Shown piece after piece: positions 10,271 to 19,247 of a stretch of DNA of 64,000 nt. The notes beneath the pieces are model-generated. The model saw only the letters and a list, made by a program, of their open reading frames with translations. It ran no database searches and had not been told where the DNA came from. This DNA is from Saccharofermentans sp. GTDB lineage: Bacteria; Bacillota; Clostridia; Saccharofermentanales; Saccharofermentanaceae. How positions within the stretch are numbered: position 1 is the stretch's first letter; the number at the start of each line of letters is the position of its first letter. The position numbers and the translations under genes are program-made. The stretch is from contig JAKSRK010000002.1 in the NCBI GenBank assembly GCA_024403655.1, positions 2,084-66,083 on the forward strand, in the 5' to 3' direction.

Positions 10271-10993
10271 TTACTCTTCCATGAACTTAAAGAAATCGTC
10301 TACGTCTACTGATTCACCCTCAGGCTCTGTATTAAGGTTATAAAGAGCGTCATCCGACATACCCGAAGATACGATGGAAGATGAGGAAGAACCGAGGAAT
10401 TCAAAGAGCTTACCAAAATCAGCTGAAGAAACTGAGATGGGCTCTTCTCTCTTCAAAGAAACTCTCTTAAGGATTTCGAAGTCTACGCTGGATCCAACAC
10501 CGATATTAAAGACAACAAGCTTGTCTTCACTCTCAAGCTCGTTGCAGGCCTTGATGGCAAGTTCCATATTAGCCATTGAGTTGGGGCCCTGAGGAGCACC
10601 GTCTGTAATTACAACGAGCCAGGGCTGGTAATACTTAATACCTAATTCCTTATAGCCTTCCTTTCTGGCGTTCAAAAGCTCAAGAGAGGTAAGAATACCT
10701 TCACCGATAGGTGTAAGTGTTGTGGATGCGGATATCTCAGGAAGTCCCTCATCTCTGATCTTACCGAAAGGCATTACGATCTCTACGGAAGAACCGAATG
10801 TAACGATTGCTATATCTGTAGCAGACTTTGTATCATCGTTAGCCTTAATGGATGCGATGAAATTAGATAGTCCCATATTGAGCTGCTTAATGGGATTTCC
10901 CATCATGGAACCAGATGTATCGAGACAGAAACAGATGGGAAGTCTCCTCTTTGTACTGTTACTGAAATCTGATGCATTAAAATTTTCAGACAT
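10271..10993 (-). CDS. TerY-type von Willebrand factor A domain protein
   Basis: RRLPICFCLDTSGSM (MIDAS DxSxS), IVTFG, TPIG, PWLVVITDGAP. Start ATG 10993 behind GGAGG. Confidence 0.9.
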   Translation of the reverse strand: MSENFNASDFSNSTKRRLPICFCLDTSGSMMGNPIKQLNMGLSNFIASIKANDDTKSATDIAIVTFGSSVEIVMPFGKIRDEGLPEISASTTLTPIGEGILTSLELLNARKEGYKELGIKYYQPWLVVITDGAPQGPNSMANMELAIKACNELESEDKLVVFNIGVGSSVDFEILKRVSLKREEPISVSSADFGKLFEFLGSSSSSIVSSGMSDDALYNLNTEPEGESVDVDDFFKFMEE

Positions 10994-11015
10994 GTCTCTA
11001 TCCTCCGTTTCTGGG

Positions 11016-12719
11016 TCAGTTAAACAGTCCACGTTTGAACTTGCCGAACAGACCTGAATTGTCTTTTTTCTTATCATTATCTGAAGGTGCTTTTACACCT
11101 TCCTGCTTGGGAACATAAGCTCCGCTTGATTTTGCGGCTGTTCCGGACAGATTGGGTTTACTTGTAGCAAGAAGGTCACTTTGTGCTGAATTGTTATTCA
11201 CAGGAACAAAAGGACCCTTGGAAAAACTTCTGGGTTTTAAGAAGTCATTGGAATTAACCGCAGCTTCAGGGACTGCAGTCTTGTAATCCATCTTCGGGAA
11301 TACTTTATATGCTTCCTCGTCATCGAACTGATGAGCTGACAGCATGGACTTATACTGAAGTAATGCGTCATACCACTCGACGGTCTCATATCTGAAACCT
11401 TCCTTGAATACTCTATAAAGCATCTCTCTTATCTTCTCAGGAAGATATTCCCAGATGTGGTCATAACCGCCTACAGGAATATGTTCATTAGATGCATTAT
11501 CAAGATCATACGGGAAATTCATCGAGATAATCTCTTCACGAAGAGTCTCAGCTCCCCTACGTGTAGCATAAGGATGAAGACCGCAGAACAAGACTGAGAA
11601 TACAAGCATCGCAATGGAATAGTCTTCATCTTCAAGCGTTCTTAAGAAGCCTGAGAAGTTCTTGCCCCAGAGTCTCGGATCAGTAAAGTCCTCTGTTCCA
11701 ACGGGACAAGGAAGATTATCTACCTGACATGAGTCCATATCTATAAGATAAATCGAAGAAGAATTGTTCAGGAGTGCATTCTTAAGCTGAATATCACCGG
11801 CGATAATATTGTTAAGATGCAGATAGATATACTTCTCAAGAAGGTCTATCAGTGTCTGAACAACATCATCTCTCTTCCACTGAGGGAAGTTGCCAAGCAT
11901 TGCATCCGGTCCGTCAAAGACATTGCCCAGAGTCTTACCTCTACCAATCATCATTGTATAACCTACCGGAACGCCTCTGTAAAAGAGCAAATCCTGAGGC
12001 CAGCAGATACCTACACTCTTAATTCCCATTGATACCATCTTGGTAAGCTTACTCCAGCGAAGGGGAGTAATAACACCCTTATGGTAAATCTTGGCAACAA
12101 TCTTGGGATCATCGGTATTAAATACCATGCCCTCTGCACCATTACTGATTCTCTTAGACAATTCAATCTTCCTGTCATTGCTGGTAACAACGGTATCACC
12201 AACATTACAGTATATGGGTACATCAAGATATTTGTTCTGAGAAGCAAGAGGACTGATTTCAGGTGCCTTATATCCGTCTACAAGACCGCTGAGTCCTTCA
12301 TAAACCTCATATTCATGTGAATCAAAAAGGATTATGTCACATGCAAATGCAGGCTTCTTCTCGATAAGTCTTTTAACAAAAACGGAATCTGAAGTGGCAA
12401 GTATTACTACATCGGGAAGGCTGGCAATAGAACTGATAAAATCGCAAGTCTCTACTGTCTGTACGGAATGGAGCTTCTTCTTAGGCAATAAAACGCCGCA
12501 AAACTCCTTCATTGCAAGCGCAACATGAGAATTCCTGTCATCAGCCTGATGAAGGACACAATAATGCAGGAGCTTAAAAGCCCTGCTTACATATACATCC
12601 TGATCGTATGCTTCAATACACTCCAGAAGTTCGTTAAAAAACGTTGTATTACCGAACGCCTGAATCAATGAATGATCAACGACCAATGATTTATACTTGC
12701 CTAAAAATTCCAATCCCAT
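11016..12719 (-). CDS. TerY-P-type Ser/Thr protein kinase with an N-terminal PIN-like region
   Basis: GAEG loop, VAKIYH, WPQD, GDIQLKN catalytic loop, IDMDS (DFG equivalent). Start uncertain: the frame is open to 12842, but that part overlaps the lysA terminator. Confidence 0.85.
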   Translation of the reverse strand: MGLEFLGKYKSLVVDHSLIQAFGNTTFFNELLECIEAYDQDVYVSRAFKLLHYCVLHQADDRNSHVALAMKEFCGVLLPKKKLHSVQTVETCDFISSIASLPDVVILATSDSVFVKRLIEKKPAFACDIILFDSHEYEVYEGLSGLVDGYKAPEISPLASQNKYLDVPIYCNVGDTVVTSNDRKIELSKRISNGAEGMVFNTDDPKIVAKIYHKGVITPLRWSKLTKMVSMGIKSVGICWPQDLLFYRGVPVGYTMMIGRGKTLGNVFDGPDAMLGNFPQWKRDDVVQTLIDLLEKYIYLHLNNIIAGDIQLKNALLNNSSSIYLIDMDSCQVDNLPCPVGTEDFTDPRLWGKNFSGFLRTLEDEDYSIAMLVFSVLFCGLHPYATRRGAETLREEIISMNFPYDLDNASNEHIPVGGYDHIWEYLPEKIREMLYRVFKEGFRYETVEWYDALLQYKSMLSAHQFDDEEAYKVFPKMDYKTAVPEAAVNSNDFLKPRSFSKGPFVPVNNNSAQSDLLATSKPNLSGTAAKSSGAYVPKQEGVKAPSDNDKKKDNSGLFGKFKRGLFN

Positions 12720-12809
12720 ACATAAACATTTTAGTATTATTTGCATATAAAGGCAATGAACTTTGTCATATTTGTGGCAAAAATGTGGTAAGGAATTTGA
12801 TATAAAAAA

Positions 12810-12839
12810 CCCCGATGTAATATCAAAACTACATCGGGG
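12810..12839 (-). terminator. lysA terminator
   Basis: CCCCGATGTA / TACATCGGGG stem followed by a T6 tract on the minus strand. Confidence 0.75.
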
Positions 12840-12857
12840 CAAATACGTTCTTAAAAA

Positions 12858-14108
12858 TCAGATATCAAAGCCTCTGAGAAGGTCTTCGTAAGTATCTTTT
12901 CTTCTAATAAGCTTACAGCTTCCGTCAGCCATAATCATTACCTCAGCGGGGCGAAGTCTCTGATTATAATTTGAAGCCATAGCATAACCGTAAGAACCTG
13001 AATCAAGTACGCAAACAAGATCGCCAGTCTTGATTACAGGAATATCTCTTTCCTTAGCGATAATATCACCGGACTCACAGATATTTCCTGTAACTGTAAC
13101 TACTTCTCTGTCACCTTCATAAACGGGCTTACCGTCTCTTAATACCTCAACGTCATGCCATGAACCGTAAAGTGTAGGTCTTGCAAGGATATTCATTCCG
13201 ATATCCGTACCTGCAAACTTCTTATCGGCATTAGTCTTAACTGCATGAACACGTCCGAGAAGAACGCCGCCTTCACATGTTGTATATCTGCCGGGCTCTG
13301 TCTTGAACAAAGGAGTATATCCAGCTTCCTTTACAAAATCGTCAAGGATAAGCTCAAGCTTCTTAGTGAATGACTCAAAGTCAAAAGGCTGCTCATCTTC
13401 AGATACCTTGTGATAAGGAACACCATATCCGCCGCCAAAGTCGATAAACTTAAGATTATCGAACTTCTCAGCCATATGAAGAAGATTCTTAACAGCCTGA
13501 AGGAAAGGCTCGGGATCCATGAAAAGAGATCCTACATGCTGGTTGATACCCACAACCTTAAGGTCGTACTTCTTTGCAATCTCAAAGATATTGTCAATCT
13601 GATCGTCAGTAATGGCAAACTTTGTATTCTTACCTGCTGTTACAACCTTCTCATGGTGACCTGCACCAACACCGGGATTAAGTCTTACAGCACACTCAGA
13701 GCCGGGGAAATTCTTACCGAAGAGCTCTAACTGATCTATAGAATCAAGACTTACCATAATCTTATTATCAACGGCAAACTTCAATTCATCTACTGCTACA
13801 TTATTAGGAACGAAGAAGATTCTCTCTGCAGGGAAACCTGCCTTGAAGAGGAGTCTCATCTCACCTTCACTCATTGCATCTGCATTAAGGCCTTCCTCAA
13901 GTGCCATCTTAAGAATAGTAAGATTGGAATTGGCCTTCATGGAGAAATTAGCTGTATAAGGATACTTTGTGATGATATTCTTCAGAGTCCTCATTGACTG
14001 TCTGATAATATCCTCGTTATATACATACAAGGGTGTGCCGTATTCGGCTGCAAGCTTCTCAGGGTCGTTTCCGGCAAAGAAATCGACCTTCTCAATAAAT
14101 GATTTCAT
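12858..14108 (-). CDS. lysA: Diaminopimelate decarboxylase
   Basis: YGTPLYVY, FSMKAN (PLP lysine), HVGS, IDFGGG, EPGR, GNICESGD, GAYG-like GSYG, YNQR. Confidence 0.93.
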   Translation of the reverse strand: MKSFIEKVDFFAGNDPEKLAAEYGTPLYVYNEDIIRQSMRTLKNIITKYPYTANFSMKANSNLTILKMALEEGLNADAMSEGEMRLLFKAGFPAERIFFVPNNVAVDELKFAVDNKIMVSLDSIDQLELFGKNFPGSECAVRLNPGVGAGHHEKVVTAGKNTKFAITDDQIDNIFEIAKKYDLKVVGINQHVGSLFMDPEPFLQAVKNLLHMAEKFDNLKFIDFGGGYGVPYHKVSEDEQPFDFESFTKKLELILDDFVKEAGYTPLFKTEPGRYTTCEGGVLLGRVHAVKTNADKKFAGTDIGMNILARPTLYGSWHDVEVLRDGKPVYEGDREVVTVTGNICESGDIIAKERDIPVIKTGDLVCVLDSGSYGYAMASNYNQRLRPAEVMIMADGSCKLIRRKDTYEDLLRGFDI

Positions 14109-14131
14109 TGTTACCTCCGTGTCCGGGAAAA

Positions 14132-15916
14132 TTAATATATTCCCACAAGTCTCATTAAAAATTTGGCATTAGACTCGTGCGACACGCCATTGTGCAGCTT
14201 ATAGTCAAATAATATACCTTCATCATTATACTTCTCACTAAAGTGATAATAAACAACAGTTTTTACAGTTTCCGTAACTTTGTCACAGAGTGCATAATCA
14301 TGAGTAGTCATAAGGCCCATTATGTGTGCTTTAGACAAATTCTGTATTACCTTGAGAGCACCTTCAGTTCTGTCGGCGGAATTAGTTCCTCTGAAAATCT
14401 CATCTATAAGGAAAAGCAAAGGTCTGTCTTCCTTACCGGCTTCGACTATTTTTGCAATTCTCACAAGCTCGGCTCTGAATGTACTCATCTGTTCTTCAAT
14501 GCTGTCCATTATTCTCATTGAAGTCATGACACGCATCTTCCCTGTCTTTACATAAGAAGCAGGAACAGGTGCACCTGTATAGGCAAGAATACAAACTATT
14601 CCGATAGTTCTAATCAAAGTTGTCTTACCGGACATATTTGAACCTGTAATAAGAGCTGTACCGTTTGAGAGAGTAATTGAATTGGAGACTGCCTTAGAAG
14701 GATTAAGCAAAGGATGTGTTATATCTTTTCCTTCAAAACTTACATCCGGAGTAACCTCAGGGAAAGTACTCTCTCTTGATACGATACCAACAACGCTAAG
14801 GCACATCAGAACTTCAATCTGAGAGATTTTCTCAAGGTAGTCTTCAATCTCCTTACCATGTTCCCTGGCCCAGGACAAAAGCTTATCAGCACAGAAGAGA
14901 TCGTACTGGAAGAAAGCATTAATAATAAGTGCGAACAAGGGCTGTGAACGTACGCTTATAAGAGTACATACGGAAGACAGCTGTGCAAAAACATCAGATG
15001 CTTTTCCCTCTTCTCCTTCTCTTTTTAAAAGTTCGTTCAAAAGATCGCTCTTAAGCTCCTGCCTTTCGACAAGTTCATACAAAGAAGCAAAGCCTTCAAC
15101 CTGCTTTTTAAGTGAAGAAGCAAAGTTAAAACGTGACTTATACTTACCTGTCAGGAAGAAAGAAATCAAAAGATTAATTAAAGCAACTCCAACGGCAATC
15201 GCTCCCCAAATTCTGCTTCCCATAAACAGAAGCAGAAGCGGAACAAGCCATAACAGAGGAATAAACTTATACAAAAGCCTTAACTTGGGAGAGAAAGACT
15301 CCTCGGAAGAGCAGAAATTTGCTAGTATGCTTGGGCTCTTATCCATATTCTTCTCTATGGATAAAGCTTCGAACTCCTGGAGGAATTCCTTCTTCTGCAT
15401 CAGCTCTTCGCAGGCTTTCTGCCTCTGCCTAATATTCTCGTGTGAATTAAAGCCCAAAAGCTCCTTGGCAAAAGCATTTCGTCCCAGATAGGATTGAGAA
15501 ATATTGTAAAGATTATAAAGAGAAACGTCTCCGAATATATCAAGGTCAAAAGCATAGTCATGCTCTCTTATATCAATCTCAGGAGCAACATTTTTAAGCT
15601 TACTGAAATCCCCCTCAATTCTGGCTATATATCTGTCGTTAATCTCCTTAAGTATAAGAAGATGCTCGTAAACAGCCTTACTCTTCTCATGCTTAAAACA
15701 AAAATAAATAAAGATAGCGAAAGGCACAACGGCAGCAACCAGCAACGGAAGTCTTAATCCGCTTTTAACAAAAGATGCTATAACGCAAATTACTGCCAGT
15801 GAGAAAAAAACAAGCCGCAGAGTACTTAGTCTGCGGTTCTTATCTTCGGCCTGAGCTATCTTACCAGACATCATCTCGGCTCTATTATTAAAATATTCAA
15901 TATCTGAATTCATCAA
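14132..15916 (-). CDS. Membrane-anchored MutS-related ATPase (domain V only)
   Basis: N-terminal TM helices; ITGSNMSGKTT, IDEIFRGTN, TTHD. Confidence 0.88.
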   Translation of the reverse strand: MMNSDIEYFNNRAEMMSGKIAQAEDKNRRLSTLRLVFFSLAVICVIASFVKSGLRLPLLVAAVVPFAIFIYFCFKHEKSKAVYEHLLILKEINDRYIARIEGDFSKLKNVAPEIDIREHDYAFDLDIFGDVSLYNLYNISQSYLGRNAFAKELLGFNSHENIRQRQKACEELMQKKEFLQEFEALSIEKNMDKSPSILANFCSSEESFSPKLRLLYKFIPLLWLVPLLLLFMGSRIWGAIAVGVALINLLISFFLTGKYKSRFNFASSLKKQVEGFASLYELVERQELKSDLLNELLKREGEEGKASDVFAQLSSVCTLISVRSQPLFALIINAFFQYDLFCADKLLSWAREHGKEIEDYLEKISQIEVLMCLSVVGIVSRESTFPEVTPDVSFEGKDITHPLLNPSKAVSNSITLSNGTALITGSNMSGKTTLIRTIGIVCILAYTGAPVPASYVKTGKMRVMTSMRIMDSIEEQMSTFRAELVRIAKIVEAGKEDRPLLFLIDEIFRGTNSADRTEGALKVIQNLSKAHIMGLMTTHDYALCDKVTETVKTVVYYHFSEKYNDEGILFDYKLHNGVSHESNAKFLMRLVGIY

Positions 15917-16782
15917 TTCTTTTCCTTAGCTTTGGCCCTTAGAAGTGCTCTTTGTTCGCGAGCAATATTCTTGGCAATAAGCTTATCATCTTTCTTAATC
16001 TGCTCAGCGGTTCTTCTTCTCGGGATAGCCGCATCAAGAACTGCACCGATACTATCGTGTATCGTAAGCTTCGCAGACAAATCCAGATAAGTGGAACTCT
16101 TATTGATTATAACAACTTTATCATGTTTGACAAACTGAGAGAAAGTAGCTGCAGGATAAACTGTAAGAGAAGTACCACCAATAATAAGAAGATCACACTT
16201 CTTAAGAGATTTAATAGCAGCATCTACTCTGTCATGTTCAAGATTCTCTTCATATAAAGTGATGTCGGGACGAACGATTCCACCGCATCTGTCGCAGTGA
16301 GGAATACCCTCAGTCGCAACAATATATTCAAGGCTGAACTTCTTACCGCAGTCCATGCAGTGATTACGGAAGACAGATCCGTGAAGTTCGATTGTCTTCT
16401 TGGAACCTGCATCCTGATGAAGCTTATCAATATTCTGAGTAATAATAGCAGAGAGTCTTCCTCTCTTCTCAAGTCTTACAAGAGCCTTATGAGCCTTATT
16501 GGGCTTCGCATCCGGATACAAAAGCTTCCTTCTGTAGAAGTCATAGAACTCATCGGGATGTTCCATAAAGAATGAATGTGAAATGATATCGACAGGACGA
16601 TACTTAAGACCGCTCTCCTGATTATAGATACCGTCACCGGATCTGAAATCGGGAATACCGCTCTCTGTAGACACACCGGCACCGCCTAAGAAAACAATTC
16701 TCTCAGACTCTTCAATAAGATCGCGAAGCTGCTTAATCTTATTCTCTCTGGCACCCTGATATCGGTCTAATCTAGTCTCCAC
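15913..16782 (-). CDS. cobB: NAD-dependent protein deacylase (Sir2/CobB family)
   Basis: GGAGVSTESGIPDFR, TQNID, HGS, two CxxC Zn motifs, GTSL. Confidence 0.9.
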   Translation of the reverse strand: METRLDRYQGARENKIKQLRDLIEESERIVFLGGAGVSTESGIPDFRSGDGIYNQESGLKYRPVDIISHSFFMEHPDEFYDFYRRKLLYPDAKPNKAHKALVRLEKRGRLSAIITQNIDKLHQDAGSKKTIELHGSVFRNHCMDCGKKFSLEYIVATEGIPHCDRCGGIVRPDITLYEENLEHDRVDAAIKSLKKCDLLIIGGTSLTVYPAATFSQFVKHDKVVIINKSSTYLDLSAKLTIHDSIGAVLDAAIPRRRTAEQIKKDDKLIAKNIAREQRALLRAKAKEKN

Positions 16783-16804
16783 TTATCAATCCTTTTACTC
16801 TTAA

Positions 16805-17257
16805 TTAAATACCGTGAATCATTCCGTGATCCATGTGATCGATATGATCGCAGTCAGCATCGAATGCACCTGATGCACCAAACATTTCCTTACCGAGAAC
16901 TCTCTTCTCATCACGCTCTTTCTCTACAATATTCGAAAGAGCCTTTGCAACTCTCTCAGAATCCTTAACATTCTTAATCTCAAGTTGGGGAGTTGTCTTA
17001 TCGGCTGTTACTAGAACGATAGTACCTACTCCGAAAATCTTCTGGAACAAAGATCTCTTGTGCTGAATATCAAGAACTCTGTAAAAGAGAAGCTCATTAT
17101 TTACATTGTTCAGAAATCCTGTCTTGATATAGAACTTGTTCTGATCAAAACTGTACCTTGTAAAAGAAATAGGCAATCCAAGGTATCGCTTCCTGTCAGC
17201 CCAAAGAATCGGCTCACTATCTATATACTGCGATAATCTGTCAACCGGCTTTGCCAT
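16805..17257 (-). CDS. Bacterial PH-domain (bPH_2-like) protein
   Basis: FTRYSF..KTGFL..ELLFYRVLD..RSLFQKIFGVGTI pattern. Confidence 0.75.
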   Translation of the reverse strand: MAKPVDRLSQYIDSEPILWADRKRYLGLPISFTRYSFDQNKFYIKTGFLNNVNNELLFYRVLDIQHKRSLFQKIFGVGTIVLVTADKTTPQLEIKNVKDSERVAKALSNIVEKERDEKRVLGKEMFGASGAFDADCDHIDHMDHGMIHGI

Positions 17258-17363
17258 ACTCTTCCTCCAAACAAATGAATATTACACTAGATTACAATTT
17301 ACATTATATGGGTTTTTGGTTTTTCAATCTATACCAAAGGCAAAGTGACATATATTTTTAACA

Positions 17364-19247
17364 TTAGACAGGTTCCTGTTCCTCGCCGGATGGCTCATCC
17401 GATTCAGGATCCAGAACAAGTGATACATCAAATAGTCTGGAAAGGTCCTGATTCCTCAGTGATGAATCACTGATCATGGTTCTGTCATAGTAAAGATAAT
17501 TGCTTCCGTATATGTAGTAAGGATTAGATCCCATTCCGAAGAATATTCTGAATCCATTCTCCTTTAAGTACTCTGCTCTCTCGTCAGTACCATAAATATA
17601 ATTACCGCCGGGATATACAATCATATGAACCGGACCTGTAAGACTTCCTATCTGATCAAGCCACTTCTCAGTATCTGCAACTATTGTATCCATGTCGGAT
17701 TCATAGGCATTTAACTGTCCATATGTTGAAGATGCAAACTTCCAGCCTGTGTCGAGAAGAACATTAACAATCTCGCTTACTGTTGCTCTGTTAGATTCAA
17801 TATCACTTTCAGAGAACTGAACGCTAGGTCTACCTGCTGCTGCAAGAGCATTATTCCTGTCATCAATCTCATCTTCGCTGATAACATAACCAAAGCAGGA
17901 TTCATAGCCGCACAATGAGATAACACCCTTTGCTCCGTCAAAAGAAAAGTCGGGATGCTCCTCGATAAAAGCATCAAGAACACCGATTGCTTCAGCTTCT
18001 CTGGATACAATTGTCTGTCCGTTGCTGTCCATATACTCGCCGCAGACCTGTCCCTGATCGTTAATAACAAGTCGCTCGCAGCAGCCGTAAATATAGTTGC
18101 TTGCAGTATAGTCGAAGGTATCAAGAACCAGAACCACAGGCTTTTTGCCCTCAGGAACTGTGAGATAAACCTCAGTGATAAATGACTCTTCTGAAAGGTC
18201 AGCCATGGTCTCTGCATCTACAAGAACATAGTCGTTTGCATAGAGTTGCTCAAGCATTCTTCTGAACTCAGAAGAGGTAAGCATATAGTCCGTATCAGAT
18301 CCCGGGGAACTGATATCAGCTATAAGTGTTCTGACACAAAGAACTTCTACAGTTCCTCTGTAGGACTCTGTCGCAGTTGTATTTCTGGTAGCTTCAAGAA
18401 GGTCGCTGTTGATTCTCTGATCATCAGGGAAAATAATTGCCATATCCGAGAAAAGATCCTCAGCGGAATAGTAACGGTAACGTGCAAGCATATGCTCACC
18501 TTCTGTAAGCATCGGCTCATACATCGTCTCCTTTATCTCGACAATTCTCCTTTGGGAGAAATCATAAACGAAGCCTGAATAGTTCTCGCTGACCTGCGTA
18601 TATGTCTGTACGGCGCGTACATAATCTTCCGACAGATATGCACTCTCAGCCGACTGTACATCACCTCGAGCCATCTCAATATACTCTATCTCCATAAGAA
18701 GCGGAGAAGCAGATGCTGAGACATTACCTATCTGGGACATCTGATCAAAGATAAAGATAACATCCGGCTTTTCAACCGTTCCCAGAAGGAAATCTTCGCA
18801 AAGATCGTGAAGCCACTGGGATATTCTCGATGAAGTAAGTTCCTCCATCTCATTCATGAACTCAATATCTTCGGCTGTAGGTTCATATCTCTCGTTGCAC
18901 ATGGCGTCTTCAATGGTTCGAAGTCTCGCATCGACTTCATTCTCCATTGCAGTCATGGCTTCAATCTCGGATTGCAGTTCATCCATCTTATCAGGATCTG
19001 CGGCCACAACCTTATCGTGAACAGACCTGTAAATTTCCAATGCCTCGTCGTAATCACCTATATCCAGAGCACGAACGAATTCGGGAAGAACAGACTCTTC
19101 CTTCTTATTGGCTTTCTTAACCCAGATAGTTCCTGCTGCAAGAACAAAAACCATAATGAGGCACAAAATGGCGCAAACCGTATATCCGATATTGGATTTA
19201 CGGTTGCTGTCATAACTGTCGTAAATCTGCCCCGAAGCTCTTCTCAT
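17364..19247 (-). CDS. Membrane-anchored polysaccharide-deacetylase-like protein
   Basis: N-terminal TM; C-terminal KKPVVLVLD, FASSTYG, VYPGG NodB-like fold with degenerate metal motifs. Confidence 0.6.
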   Translation of the reverse strand: MRRASGQIYDSYDSNRKSNIGYTVCAILCLIMVFVLAAGTIWVKKANKKEESVLPEFVRALDIGDYDEALEIYRSVHDKVVAADPDKMDELQSEIEAMTAMENEVDARLRTIEDAMCNERYEPTAEDIEFMNEMEELTSSRISQWLHDLCEDFLLGTVEKPDVIFIFDQMSQIGNVSASASPLLMEIEYIEMARGDVQSAESAYLSEDYVRAVQTYTQVSENYSGFVYDFSQRRIVEIKETMYEPMLTEGEHMLARYRYYSAEDLFSDMAIIFPDDQRINSDLLEATRNTTATESYRGTVEVLCVRTLIADISSPGSDTDYMLTSSEFRRMLEQLYANDYVLVDAETMADLSEESFITEVYLTVPEGKKPVVLVLDTFDYTASNYIYGCCERLVINDQGQVCGEYMDSNGQTIVSREAEAIGVLDAFIEEHPDFSFDGAKGVISLCGYESCFGYVISEDEIDDRNNALAAAGRPSVQFSESDIESNRATVSEIVNVLLDTGWKFASSTYGQLNAYESDMDTIVADTEKWLDQIGSLTGPVHMIVYPGGNYIYGTDERAEYLKENGFRIFFGMGSNPYYIYGSNYLYYDRTMISDSSLRNQDLSRLFDVSLVLDPESDEPSGEEQEPV

